DNA of 36,545 nucleotides, taken from the NCBI GenBank assembly GCA_041583175.1, contig JBFHGI010000001.1, positions 1 to 36,545 on the forward strand. The letters run 5' to 3'. Positions 1-10,379 of the stretch are shown here, piece after piece. Each line of letters starts with the position of its first letter. Positions within the stretch are counted from its first letter, which is position 1. The position numbers and the translations under genes are program-made. Under the pieces are notes generated by a model. It had not been told where the DNA came from. It searched no databases and was given only the letters and a program-made list of their open reading frames with translations. This DNA is from Pseudorhodobacter sp. (GTDB taxonomy: Bacteria; Pseudomonadota; Alphaproteobacteria; Rhodobacterales; Rhodobacteraceae).

Positions 1-329
1 ACCGATGCGCAGGGCACAGTGGAAAGCGTGACCTCGGCGGCGACAGCGGCGGTTGCCAATGTCAACGATCTGCCGACCGGCACCGTGACCATCACCGGCA
101 CGGCGACGGAAGACGAAACTCTGACCGCCTCGAACGATCTGGCGGATGAGGATGGTCTGGGCGCGATCAGCTACCAGTGGCAACGTGACGGGTCCGCTAT
201 CTCGGGCGCGACCGATGCGACCTACACTCTGGGTCAGGACGATGTCGGGGCTACGATCACGGTTGTGGCCACTTACACCGATGCGCAGGGCACAGTGGAA
301 AGCGTGACCTCGGCGGCGACAGCGGCGGT
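1..329 (+). repeat. Direct repeat with 276-bp (92-aa) period; end of an Ig-like domain array
   Basis: Bases 1-53 (accgatgcgcagggcacagtggaaagcgtgacctcggcggcgacagcggcggt) recur identically at 277-329. Confidence 0.95.
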
Positions 330-2421
330 GGAAAGCGCGGTCAATATCATCACTGGCACGGATGGTGATGATGAACTGATCGGGACTGCTGGGGATGATC
401 TGATCATCACCGGAAATGCGACCCCGGATGGCGATGTGGTCATCGGCTCTTCTGGCGATGATATGATCGACATGAGTGGCAATGACGGCATGAATGGCTT
501 TGTCGAGATTGATTATAGCGATCTTACGGGGCCGATTGCAGCTACCATCAACGGGGTCGCCAATACCGGCACCGTGGATAAGGGTGCGGCAGGAACCGAT
601 ACGCTGACCAATGTTGAGAAGCCTCTGAACGGGGGTGTCGTCAATGGAGGTCTGGCGATCAGAGGCACCGCCGGGGATGACGCATTCGATGTTACCCTCG
701 ATGCGGACCAGTGGATCAGCCTGCGCAGTGGTGCTGGTCTGGACAGCTTCATCTTGAATGGCACAGGCCAATTCCGACTGGATCTTCGCGGTGGTTCTGG
801 CATCAATGTCAATCTCTCTACAGGTCAGATCCTGAATGACGGTTACGGCAATGCCGAAACCATCAGCGGGACCGGCAGTGTCTGGGAGGTTTATGGCACG
901 GACGGTGATGATACCTTCATCGGCTCGGCGGCGAATGAAAGCTTCCGCAGCCTGGGTGGCAATGACACGGTTGACGGGGGCGCAGGCTTTGACCGGTTGC
1001 GCTATGATACCGGCACGATTGCATCCATCTCGGCCAATCTGGCAACCGGTATCATTACCGGAAGCTTGACGGCGGGCGGTACCTTCACCGATACGGTCAG
1101 CAACTTCGAGCATATCCGCGGATCGGGTGGTGATGACATGATCACTGGCGATGCAGCGGTCAACCGGCTTGAAGGGCGTGACGGCAACGATACGCTTAAC
1201 GGCGGAGAAGGGGCCGACACGATTGATGGTGGTAACGGTAATGACACGGCCGATTACTCGGGCTCGGCTGGTTTCGTGAACATCTCGCTGGCCTCTGGCT
1301 ATGCGGGAGGTGGCGCGGGGAGCCATGCGATCGGCGATACCTTCGTCAGCATCGAAAACCTGACCGGTTCTGCCTTCAACGATTTGCTGAGCGGCGATAG
1401 CGGAGCCAACATCCTGATTGGTGGTGACGGGAATGACCTGTTGCGCGGTCGTGCCGGTGGTGACGTGCTGAATGGTGGCAATGGCAGTGACACGGCCAAC
1501 TACTCAGACTCGGCAGGCTTCGTGAACGTCTCGCTGGCCTCTGGCTATGCTGGTGGCGGGTCGGGCAGCCATGCGATTGGCGATACCTTCATCAGCATCG
1601 AGAACCTGACAGGTTCTGCCTTCAACGATCTGCTCAACGGCGACGGTGGGGCCAACATCCTGAACGGTGGTGCGGGTGCTGACAAACTGGATGGCCGGGG
1701 TGGTAGTGACACGGCCAGCTATGAAGACTCAGCCGGTTTCGTGAACGTCTCGCTGGCCTCCGGCTATGCGGGGGGTGGCACAGGGAGCCATGCCATCGGC
1801 GATACCTTCGTCAGCATCGAGAACCTGACCGGTTCTGCCTTCAACGACTTGCTGAGCGGCGATAGCGGAGCCAACATCCTGAGCGGCGGCGCGGGCAATG
1901 ACCTGCTGCGCGGTCGTGCAGGGGGCGATGCCTTGTTCGGCGGAACGGGCAGCGACACTGCCAGCTACTCGGACTCGGCAGGCTTCGTGAACGTCTCGCT
2001 TCTGACCGGCTATGCTGGTGGCGGGTCGGGCAGCCATGCGATCGGCGATACGTTCAACAGTATCGAGAACCTCGCAGGGTCGGCCTTCAACGACTTGCTG
2101 ACCGGTGATGCCAATGCCAACGTCCTTTCGGGGGCGGGCGGCGATGACCTGCTGCGCGGCAATGGCGGCAATGACACACTGTTCGGCGGTGCTGGTGCCG
2201 ATCAGTTTGTCTTCACCACCGGTTTCGGGGCCGACACTGTAAGCGACTTCCAGGTCGGCGCTGACAAGCTGAGCTTTGCCGAACATGCGGGCGTCAATGC
2301 ATTTGGCTCCTTGACCATCACCGCCAGCGGTGCGGATGCGCTTGTCGCAGATGGCTTGGGCAATAGCGTGACCGTTCTCAACATGGCAAACCTGCTGACC
2401 GAGACCGACTTCATTTTCTAA
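1..2421 (+). CDS. RTX-type calcium-binding secreted protein/adhesin (RTX-1), 5' end outside window
   Basis: Frame is open from base 1 (TDAQGTVES...). It has a 92-aa Ig/cadherin-like repeat (VNDLPTGTVTITG...SYQWQRDG..I.GAT..TYTL..DDVG..ITV...YTD), many GGxGxDxL nonapeptides, four FVNxSL..G.AGGG.GSHAIGDTF.SIENL units and C-terminal ETDFIF, typical of T1SS substrates. Confidence 0.9.
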   Translation, partial: TDAQGTVESVTSAATAAVANVNDLPTGTVTITGTATEDETLTASNDLADEDGLGAISYQWQRDGSAISGATDATYTLGQDDVGATITVVATYTDAQGTVESVTSAATAAVESAVNIITGTDGDDELIGTAGDDLIITGNATPDGDVVIGSSGDDMIDMSGNDGMNGFVEIDYSDLTGPIAATINGVANTGTVDKGAAGTDTLTNVEKPLNGGVVNGGLAIRGTAGDDAFDVTLDADQWISLRSGAGLDSFILNGTGQFRLDLRGGSGINVNLSTGQILNDGYGNAETISGTGSVWEVYGTDGDDTFIGSAANESFRSLGGNDTVDGGAGFDRLRYDTGTIASISANLATGIITGSLTAGGTFTDTVSNFEHIRGSGGDDMITGDAAVNRLEGRDGNDTLNGGEGADTIDGGNGNDTADYSGSAGFVNISLASGYAGGGAGSHAIGDTFVSIENLTGSAFNDLLSGDSGANILIGGDGNDLLRGRAGGDVLNGGNGSDTANYSDSAGFVNVSLASGYAGGGSGSHAIGDTFISIENLTGSAFNDLLNGDGGANILNGGAGADKLDGRGGSDTASYEDSAGFVNVSLASGYAGGGTGSHAIGDTFVSIENLTGSAFNDLLSGDSGANILSGGAGNDLLRGRAGGDALFGGTGSDTASYSDSAGFVNVSLLTGYAGGGSGSHAIGDTFNSIENLAGSAFNDLLTGDANANVLSGAGGDDLLRGNGGNDTLFGGAGADQFVFTTGFGADTVSDFQVGADKLSFAEHAGVNAFGSLTITASGADALVADGLGNSVTVLNMANLLTETDFIF
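1243..2200 (+). repeat. Four intragenic 73/82-aa repeat units in RTX-1 (boundaries approximate)
   Basis: FVN codons start at 1273, 1519, 1738 and 1984 (spacing 246, 219, 246 bp). Confidence 0.9.
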
Positions 2422-2448
2422 GGTCGGGATCTCCCATCAAAATACAAG

Positions 2449-2483
2449 AAGGCCCCGGCAGTTCTGCCGGGGCCTTTTTCTTT
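2449..2483 (+). terminator. Rho-independent terminator of RTX-1
   Basis: Perfect 12-bp stem aaggccccggca-gttc-tgccggggcctt followed by tttcttt, starting 28 nt after the stop codon. Confidence 0.9.
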
Positions 2484-2536
2484 GGCTCAGTCAGAGGCGT
2501 GATGAAACGGGAACTATCCGTCAGGTTGTGTTGCCC

Positions 2537-2565
2537 ATGACAAAATACTGACACAATTGTATATT
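2537..2565 (+). promoter_or_regulatory. Putative sigma70-type promoter for RTX-2
   Basis: ATGACA-17 nt-TATATT in an AT-rich intergenic stretch; gagga RBS precedes ATG 2631. Confidence 0.5.
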
Positions 2566-2630
2566 TTAGTTGCACCACCAACGCCAGCGCAACCAGAAGC
2601 CTTCTTTCGATTAATCTGTGAGGACATATT

Positions 2631-4463
2631 ATGCCAACGACCAACATTGACGTAATCAGATACGGTGGCCCATTGCAGCCTACCCAACTCTTGCTGGGAT
2701 CACCCGTCATCCTTCTGGGTCTTCTGGCTCCCGGTGGGTCGGGTACCCTTGCCGATGACAACGGCACGCTGGGGTCGGCTGATGATAATATCAGCACATA
2801 TGAAGGTGAACCGCTGACCTATATCGGAAGCGGGACTGTCACGCCGGGCGTCGATATTGCCGGTATTATCCTGCCGCTTGGCACGCCGGTTGATGTGGTT
2901 GTGTTCGCTGCGGATGGCATTACCTATTTCCATTATCCGAACGGCAACCCCGGCCTTGTCGGGGCAATTGCGCTTGTTCTAAACATCACGACAGCCCCGT
3001 TCGAAGTGTTTGCCAACCCCTACATCGGCACCAGTGCCAATGATGTCTTTGAAGGGGACGCGTTCAACAACACCATGACCGGGGATATCGGAGAAGACAT
3101 ACTGTCCGGGGCTGGCGGCAACGACACGATCGATGCCGGTGCCGGCAATGACATGATTTATGGCGGAAGTGGGAGCGACCTGCTTTTCGGACGTTCCGGG
3201 GATGATACCATCAATGGCGGCGCAGGGGCCGATACGATTGACGGTGACGCCGGATCGGACACGGCAGATTACAGCGGGTCGGCTGGCTTCGTGAATGTCT
3301 CGCTGATGAGCGGCTATGCAGGGGGCGGTGCGGGCAGCCATGCGATTGGCGACACATTCGTTAGCATCGAGAACCTGACAGGCTCTGCCTTCAACGATTT
3401 GCTCAGCGGGGATGCCGGTGCCAATATCCTGAACGGGGGCGATGGCGATGACCTGTTGCAAGGGCGTGCCGGTGCCGATGTGCTTATCGGTGGCGCAGGC
3501 AGTGACACCGCAAGCTATGCTGAATCGACCAGCTTTGTGAATGTCTCGCTGGCCACCGGCTTTGCCGGCGGCGGTGCGGACAACCATGCGGCCGGCGATA
3601 CGTTCGACAGCATCGAGAACCTGACAGGCACGTCTTTCGACGATATTCTTACCGGTGATGACGGAGCCAATATTCTGACCGGCCGTGCAGGCGACGATCT
3701 GCTGGTGGGGGGTAAAGGGCGCGACGTTCTGGATGGTGGCAGCGGCAACGATACCGTTAGCTATGCGGATTCAACCAGCTTTGTGAACGTCTCGCTTGGC
3801 ACGGGTTATGCAGGCGGTGGCGCAGGAAGTGATGCAATCGGTGATACATTCATCAACATCGAGAACCTGACAGGCTCTGCCTTCGACGATTTGCTCAATG
3901 GCGACGCCGGGGTGAACATTCTGATCGGCGGCACGGGCGATGACCAGTTGCGCGGCCGTGCGGGCGGGGACTTTCTGTTTGGCGGCGAAGGCAGCGATAC
4001 CGCATTTTATATGGACTCCCAGGGTTTCGTGAATGTCTCGCTTCTGACCGGCTATGTCGGCGGCGGGTCGGGCAGCCATGCGATCGGCGATACATTCGAC
4101 AGTATCGAGAACCTGACAGGATCGTTTTTCGACGACCTGCTTAGCGGGGATAACAATGCCAACATACTGTCCGGCGGAGCGGGCAATGATATTCTGCGCG
4201 GTCGTGGCGGCAACGATATACTGTTTGGCGAATCCGGGGCAGACCAATTCGTCTTTAACAATGGCTTTGACGCCGACACGGTCGCTGATTTTGAAATTGG
4301 GGTCGACAAGCTCAGCTTTGCCGAGAATACCATCATCAACGCCTTTAGCAGCCTGACGATCACGGACAGCGGGTTGGATGCGCTTGTCGAAGATGGCTTG
4401 GGCAATAGTGTGACAGTCATCGGAATGGCTGGCCAACTCAGTGAGACCGACTTCATCTTCTAA
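2631..4463 (+). CDS. RTX-type calcium-binding secreted protein (RTX-2), 610 aa
   Basis: RBS gagga; unique ~130-aa N-terminal domain; GGxGxD nonapeptides; four 82-aa FVNVSL...SIENLTG units; C-terminal ETDFIF. Confidence 0.9.
   Translation: MPTTNIDVIRYGGPLQPTQLLLGSPVILLGLLAPGGSGTLADDNGTLGSADDNISTYEGEPLTYIGSGTVTPGVDIAGIILPLGTPVDVVVFAADGITYFHYPNGNPGLVGAIALVLNITTAPFEVFANPYIGTSANDVFEGDAFNNTMTGDIGEDILSGAGGNDTIDAGAGNDMIYGGSGSDLLFGRSGDDTINGGAGADTIDGDAGSDTADYSGSAGFVNVSLMSGYAGGGAGSHAIGDTFVSIENLTGSAFNDLLSGDAGANILNGGDGDDLLQGRAGADVLIGGAGSDTASYAESTSFVNVSLATGFAGGGADNHAAGDTFDSIENLTGTSFDDILTGDDGANILTGRAGDDLLVGGKGRDVLDGGSGNDTVSYADSTSFVNVSLGTGYAGGGAGSDAIGDTFINIENLTGSAFDDLLNGDAGVNILIGGTGDDQLRGRAGGDFLFGGEGSDTAFYMDSQGFVNVSLLTGYVGGGSGSHAIGDTFDSIENLTGSFFDDLLSGDNNANILSGGAGNDILRGRGGNDILFGESGADQFVFNNGFDADTVADFEIGVDKLSFAENTIINAFSSLTITDSGLDALVEDGLGNSVTVIGMAGQLSETDFIF
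3258..4240 (+). repeat. Four intragenic 82-aa repeat units in RTX-2 (boundaries approximate)
   Basis: FVN codons at 3288, 3534, 3780 and 4026 (exact 246-bp spacing). Confidence 0.9.
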
Positions 4464-4493
4464 GGGCGAAAACGTCCATCGAGACACAAGACG

Positions 4494-4519
4494 GCCCCGG
4501 CAGCAGTGCCGGGGCTTTT
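4494..4519 (+). terminator. Rho-independent terminator of RTX-2
   Basis: gccccggca-gcag-tgccggggc followed by tttt; same core stem as the RTX-1 terminator. Confidence 0.85.
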
Positions 4520-4805
4520 CTGTCAGGCGGTTAATCTGCCGTGTCACCCGTAATGCGGGCTAGCGTCCTGTAGACAGTCGGCCTTGATACAGAGAAAAGC
4601 TCGGCAAGGTCACTGATGGAATAGTCGCCGGTGGCATGCATGCGGCCAAGTCTCAAAATGCGTGGCAAGGCTCACAACTCGTCACCATTGCAAACGCGAT
4701 GCTGAGACCGGGTGTTCCATGGCGACAAAACCAAGCCACGTAACACAGTTGGTAGAAGGCACCCATATCTCGCAGATACCATCCAAGGATTTTCTGTTCA
4801 GATAA

Positions 4806-6023
<1,218 letters not shown>

Positions 6024-6027
6024 CGGG

Positions 6028-7359
6028 CTATTTGCCGGCTTCGGGGCTTAGATGTGCCCGCCCGATGCTGTCATAGGCTTCAAACCCGGCGCGGCGGGCG
6101 TCTTGAAGCGAATAGATGTTGCGCAGATCGGCCAGTCGCGCTGTTGCCATCTTACGGGCGATCCGCTTGAGGTCCAATGCGCGGAACTCATTCCACTCGG
6201 TCAGGATTACCAGCAGATCGGCATTATTGACCGCTTTATAGGGATCATCGGCCCAAGTCACGCCGGGCAATAGCGCCTCGCCTTCGTGGCGGCCTTGTGG
6301 GTCCACCACCCGCACCCGCGCGCCGCCGCCGACAAGGGCGGGGATGATCGTCAGGCTGGGGGCGTCGCGCATATCATCGGTATTGGGTTTGAAGGTCACG
6401 CCTAGCACCGTAACGGTCTTGCCATTGAAACTGCCGCCACACAGATCCAGCAGCTTGTCGATCATCCGGCGCTTGATCTCGTCATTCACCTTGATCACGG
6501 TTTCGGTGATCTGCATCGGCACGGCATGTTCCTGCCCCATCCGGGCCAAGGCGCGGGTATCCTTGGGAAAGCAGGAGCCGCCATAGCCGGGGCCTGCATG
6601 CAGGAACTTGTTGCCGATGCGCCCGTCCATGCCCATGCCCTTGGACACTTGCTTGATATCGGCGCCCATCCGTTCGCACAAAGCCGCGATTTCATTGATA
6701 AAGGTGATCTTGGTCGCCAGAAACGCATTGGCGGCATATTTGATCATCTCGGCGCTTTCCAGATCGGTCACGACAATCGGGAAATCGCGCAAATAGAGCG
6801 GGCGGTAAATATCGGCCATCACCTGCGCGGCACGCTCCGATTGCACGCCTACCACCACACGGTCCGGCTTCATGAAATCATCCAGCGCCGCCCCTTCACG
6901 CAGGAATTCCGGGTTGGAGGCGACATCGAAATCCAGCGCAGGATTGGCCTTGGCCACGGCCTGTTTGACGCGGCGATTGGTGCCAACGGGCACAGTGGAT
7001 TTGGTGACGATCACCACATAATCGGTCGCGGCTTGAGCCACTTCTTCGGCGGCAGCCATCACATAAGTCAGGTCGGCATGGCCATCACCGCGCCGGGTGG
7101 GGGTGCCTACGGCAATGAACACCGCCTCGGCCCCGGCCACGGCCTGCGCCAGATCCTGTGTGAAGCTCAGACGTCCGGCGGCAACATTCTTGGCCATCAG
7201 CTCTTGCAGGCCCGGCTCATAGATCGGCACTTCGCCATGTTCCAGCAGATCGATCTTGCGCGGGTCCTTGTCGACGCAAATCACTTCATGCCCGAAATCG
7301 GAAAAGCACACCCCTGAGACAAGCCCCACATATCCGGTTCCGATCACTGCGATTTTCAT
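6028..7359 (-). CDS. ugd: UDP-glucose 6-dehydrogenase
   Basis: GTGYVG Rossmann motif, IAVGTP, KSTVPVG, NPEFLREG, catalytic GYGGSCFPKD, FKPNTDDMR. Confidence 0.95.
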   Translation of the reverse strand: MKIAVIGTGYVGLVSGVCFSDFGHEVICVDKDPRKIDLLEHGEVPIYEPGLQELMAKNVAAGRLSFTQDLAQAVAGAEAVFIAVGTPTRRGDGHADLTYVMAAAEEVAQAATDYVVIVTKSTVPVGTNRRVKQAVAKANPALDFDVASNPEFLREGAALDDFMKPDRVVVGVQSERAAQVMADIYRPLYLRDFPIVVTDLESAEMIKYAANAFLATKITFINEIAALCERMGADIKQVSKGMGMDGRIGNKFLHAGPGYGGSCFPKDTRALARMGQEHAVPMQITETVIKVNDEIKRRMIDKLLDLCGGSFNGKTVTVLGVTFKPNTDDMRDAPSLTIIPALVGGGARVRVVDPQGRHEGEALLPGVTWADDPYKAVNNADLLVILTEWNEFRALDLKRIARKMATARLADLRNIYSLQDARRAGFEAYDSIGRAHLSPEAGK

Positions 7360-7385
7360 AAGCGTTTCCTGTGGTTACTGGAAAA

Positions 7386-7419
7386 TTCTGGCAGGGCCGG
7401 AGTGCGGGCCCCGCCAGAA
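7386..7419 (-). terminator. Intercistronic stem-loop between cysNC and ugd (weak terminator or mRNA processing/stability element)
   Basis: Minus strand ttctggcggggcc-cgcactcc-ggccctgccagaa is a 13-bp stem with one G-U pair that forms only on the minus strand, followed by tttt. Confidence 0.55.
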
Positions 7420-7421
7420 CA

Positions 7422-9341
7422 TCAACTGGCAAGCAAGGCGGCGATTACCTGTTCGGCGGCTTCTTCTGCGGTCAGGGCCACTGTGTTGACGATAAGCTCG
7501 GCCGTTTCCGGCGGCTCATAGGGGCTGTCGATCCCGGTAAAGTTCTTCAAGTTCCCCGCGCGGGCCTTTTTATAAAGCCCTTTCACATCGCGCGCCTCGG
7601 CCACTTCCAGCGGCGTGTCGACATAGACCTCCATGAATTCACCTTCGGCCATCATCTCGCGCACCATCCGGCGTTCGGAGCGGAAGGGCGAGATGAAGGC
7701 GGTCAGGACAACCAGGCCCGCATCGGTCATCAGCTTTGCCACCTCGCCGACACGGCGGATGTTTTCCACCCGGTCGGCATCGGTAAAGCCCAGATCGCGG
7801 TTCAACCCGTGGCGCACGTTGTCGCCATCCAGCAAGAAGGTGTGCTTGCCCATCGCATGCAGTTTCTTTTCCACGATATTGGCGATGGTGGATTTGCCCG
7901 ATCCCGAAAGCCCGGTGAACCAGACCACCTTTGCCTTCTGGTTCTTGATCGCGGCATGGGCGTCACGATCTACATCGACGGCTTGCCAATGGATGTTCTG
8001 GCTGCGGCGCAGCGCAAAATGCACCATGCCGGCGGCGACGGTCGCATTGGTCATGCGGTCGATCAGGATGAAGCCGCCGAGGTCAGGGTTCTGGGCATAG
8101 GCTTCAAACGGAACCGCGCGATCGGTGGATATATTGACCACCCCGATCGCATTCAGCGCCAGCGTCTGCGAGGACAGATGTTCCAGCGTGTTGACGTTCA
8201 CCTCATATTTCGGCTCGGTCACCGTCGCGGTCATGGTCTGGGTGCCCATTTTCAGCAAATAGGGCCGGCCGGGCAGCATTTCCGCCTCGCCCATCCAGAC
8301 CAGCGTTGCCTCGAACTGGTCGGCGACTTCGCAAGGCGCGTCTGCTGCCGTGATCACATCGCCGCGCGAACAATCCACCTCATCGGCAAAGGTCAGGGTG
8401 ATGGATTGGCCTGCGACGGCGCGGTCCAGGGTGCCGCCATAGGCCACGATGGATTTGACGGTCGTGGTCTTGCCCGAAGGCAGCACGCGGATCGCATCGC
8501 CGGGGGCAATGGAGCCTGACCCGATCAACCCGGCAAAGCCGCGGAAATCGAGATTGGGCCGGTTGACCCATTGCACCGCCATGCGGAATGGCTGATCTGC
8601 CATTTGCGCCTGGTTGATCGGCGCGTCTTCCAGATGGCCCAGCAGGGTAGGGCCCTGATACCACGGCATGTTTTCCGATTTCGTGACGATATTATCGCCC
8701 GCCAGCCCCGAAATGGGCATCGGCAAAAACGACTTCATTCCGATTTGCTGGGCGAAATGTGAATAATCCTTCACAATCTCGTAAAACCGTTCCTGACTAT
8801 AGCCGACAAGATCCATCTTGTTCACCGCCAGCACGATATTCTTGATACCCAGCAGGTTCACCAGATAGGAATGCCGCCGCGTCTGGGTCAGCACCCCTTG
8901 GCGCGCATCAATCAGAATGACCGCAAGGTCGGCGGTCGAGGCCCCCGTGACCATATTGCGGGTATATTGCTCATGGCCGGGCGTGTCTGCGACGATAAAC
9001 TTGCGCTTGTCGGTGGCAAAGAAGCGGTAGGCGACGTCAATGGTGATGCCTTGCTCGCGTTCGGCAGCCAGACCATCGACCAAAAGCGCGAAATCAATGC
9101 CGGCCCCTTGGGTACCATGCGCCTTGCTGTCGCTTTCCAGACTGGCAAGCTGGTCTTCAAAGATCATCTTGCTGTCATAGAGCAAACGCCCGATCAGCGT
9201 GGATTTGCCATCATCGACCGAGCCGCAGGTGATGAACCGAAGCATGGTCTTGTGCTGGTGTTTTTCGAGGTAGGCCTCGATATCCTCGGCGATCAGCGTA
9301 TCGGTGACATAAGCGGGGTCTTTGGGCGTAAGCGCAGACAT
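7422..9341 (-). CDS. cysNC: Bifunctional sulfate adenylyltransferase subunit 1 / adenylyl-sulfate kinase (CysNC/NodQ-type)
   Basis: GTPase motifs [18 protein letters not shown]; C-terminal APS kinase [31 protein letters not shown]. Confidence 0.95.
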   Translation of the reverse strand: MSALTPKDPAYVTDTLIAEDIEAYLEKHQHKTMLRFITCGSVDDGKSTLIGRLLYDSKMIFEDQLASLESDSKAHGTQGAGIDFALLVDGLAAEREQGITIDVAYRFFATDKRKFIVADTPGHEQYTRNMVTGASTADLAVILIDARQGVLTQTRRHSYLVNLLGIKNIVLAVNKMDLVGYSQERFYEIVKDYSHFAQQIGMKSFLPMPISGLAGDNIVTKSENMPWYQGPTLLGHLEDAPINQAQMADQPFRMAVQWVNRPNLDFRGFAGLIGSGSIAPGDAIRVLPSGKTTTVKSIVAYGGTLDRAVAGQSITLTFADEVDCSRGDVITAADAPCEVADQFEATLVWMGEAEMLPGRPYLLKMGTQTMTATVTEPKYEVNVNTLEHLSSQTLALNAIGVVNISTDRAVPFEAYAQNPDLGGFILIDRMTNATVAAGMVHFALRRSQNIHWQAVDVDRDAHAAIKNQKAKVVWFTGLSGSGKSTIANIVEKKLHAMGKHTFLLDGDNVRHGLNRDLGFTDADRVENIRRVGEVAKLMTDAGLVVLTAFISPFRSERRMVREMMAEGEFMEVYVDTPLEVAEARDVKGLYKKARAGNLKNFTGIDSPYEPPETAELIVNTVALTAEEAAEQVIAALLAS

Positions 9342-10276
9342 CAGAAATACCCCTCTTGTTTCTTTTTCTCCATGGATGCGGCCTGGTCGTGGTCAATCGC
9401 ACGGCCCTGCCGTTCCGATGTGGTGGTCAGCAGCATTTCCTGAATGACCTCAGGCAAGGTGGCAGCCATGCTTTCCACGGCACCGGTCAACGGATAGCAG
9501 CCCAGCGTGCGGAACCGGACCGAGCGCATTTCGGGTTTTTGGCCCTTTGCCAGCGGAAAGCGGTCATCATCCACCATGATCAGCATGCCGTTATATTCCA
9601 CCACCGGACGCGGGGCGGAAAAATACAGCGGCACAATCTCGATGTTTTCCAAGTGGATATATTGCCAGATATCCAGTTCGGTCCAATTCGACAGCGGGAA
9701 GGCGCGGATGCTTTCCCCCTTGGCCTTGCGGGTGTTGTAAAGCTTCCACAGCTCGGGGCGCTGTTGCTTTGGGTCCCAGCGGTGATTGGCCGAGCGGAAG
9801 GAGAAAATCCGCTCCTTGGCGCGGGATTTTTCCTCATCCCGGCGCGCGCCGCCAAAGGCCACGTCGAAATTATACTTGGTCAGCGCCTGTTTCAGCCCTT
9901 CGGTTTTCCACATATCCGTGTGCAGCCCGCCATGGTCGAACGGGTTGATGCCCTTTTCCACCGCTTCGGGGTTCTGATGCACGATCAGGTCCATGCCTGC
10001 GTCTTTGGCCGCCTTTTCGCGCAGTGCATACATATCGCGGAATTTCCACGTTGTATCGACATGCAGCAGCGGGAAGGGGGGCGGCGCGGGATAGAACGCC
10101 TTTTTTGCCAGATGCAGCATGCAGGCGCTATCCTTGCCCACGGAATAGAGCATCACCGGATTGTCGGCATTCGCCACCACCTCGCGCATGATATGGATGC
10201 TTTCCGCCTCCAGCCGCTGTAAATGTGTAAGCCTGCTGGCGGAAAGCTCCGGGTTAAGGGGGGCGCTGCTGCTCAT
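9341..10276 (-). CDS. cysD: Sulfate adenylyltransferase subunit 2 (CysD/NodP-type)
   Basis: [56 protein letters not shown]. Start set at ATG 10276 after gagg; TGATG overlap with cysNC. Confidence 0.95.
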   Translation of the reverse strand: MSSSAPLNPELSASRLTHLQRLEAESIHIMREVVANADNPVMLYSVGKDSACMLHLAKKAFYPAPPPFPLLHVDTTWKFRDMYALREKAAKDAGMDLIVHQNPEAVEKGINPFDHGGLHTDMWKTEGLKQALTKYNFDVAFGGARRDEEKSRAKERIFSFRSANHRWDPKQQRPELWKLYNTRKAKGESIRAFPLSNWTELDIWQYIHLENIEIVPLYFSAPRPVVEYNGMLIMVDDDRFPLAKGQKPEMRSVRFRTLGCYPLTGAVESMAATLPEVIQEMLLTTTSERQGRAIDHDQAASMEKKKQEGYF

Positions 10277-10379
10277 CGGTGGCCTCTTCGAAATTGTTTG
10301 TGGGTGTTTTGCAAATTCTGGCCCCTTATCCAAGGGCTCTTCTTCAGAAGGCACATCAGGCATGCCGACTGTGCCCACC

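Noticed and set aside
1243-4240. Regularly spaced DNA repeats as a CRISPR array
   Set aside because: Periods are 219/246 bp, in frame, with synonymous variation; they are protein repeats and no cas genes are present.
10277-10378. N-terminal extension of CysD; similar extensions on glf, the SDR, pseB and both GT2 genes
   Set aside because: Downstream starts with RBS or translational coupling fit family N-termini better.
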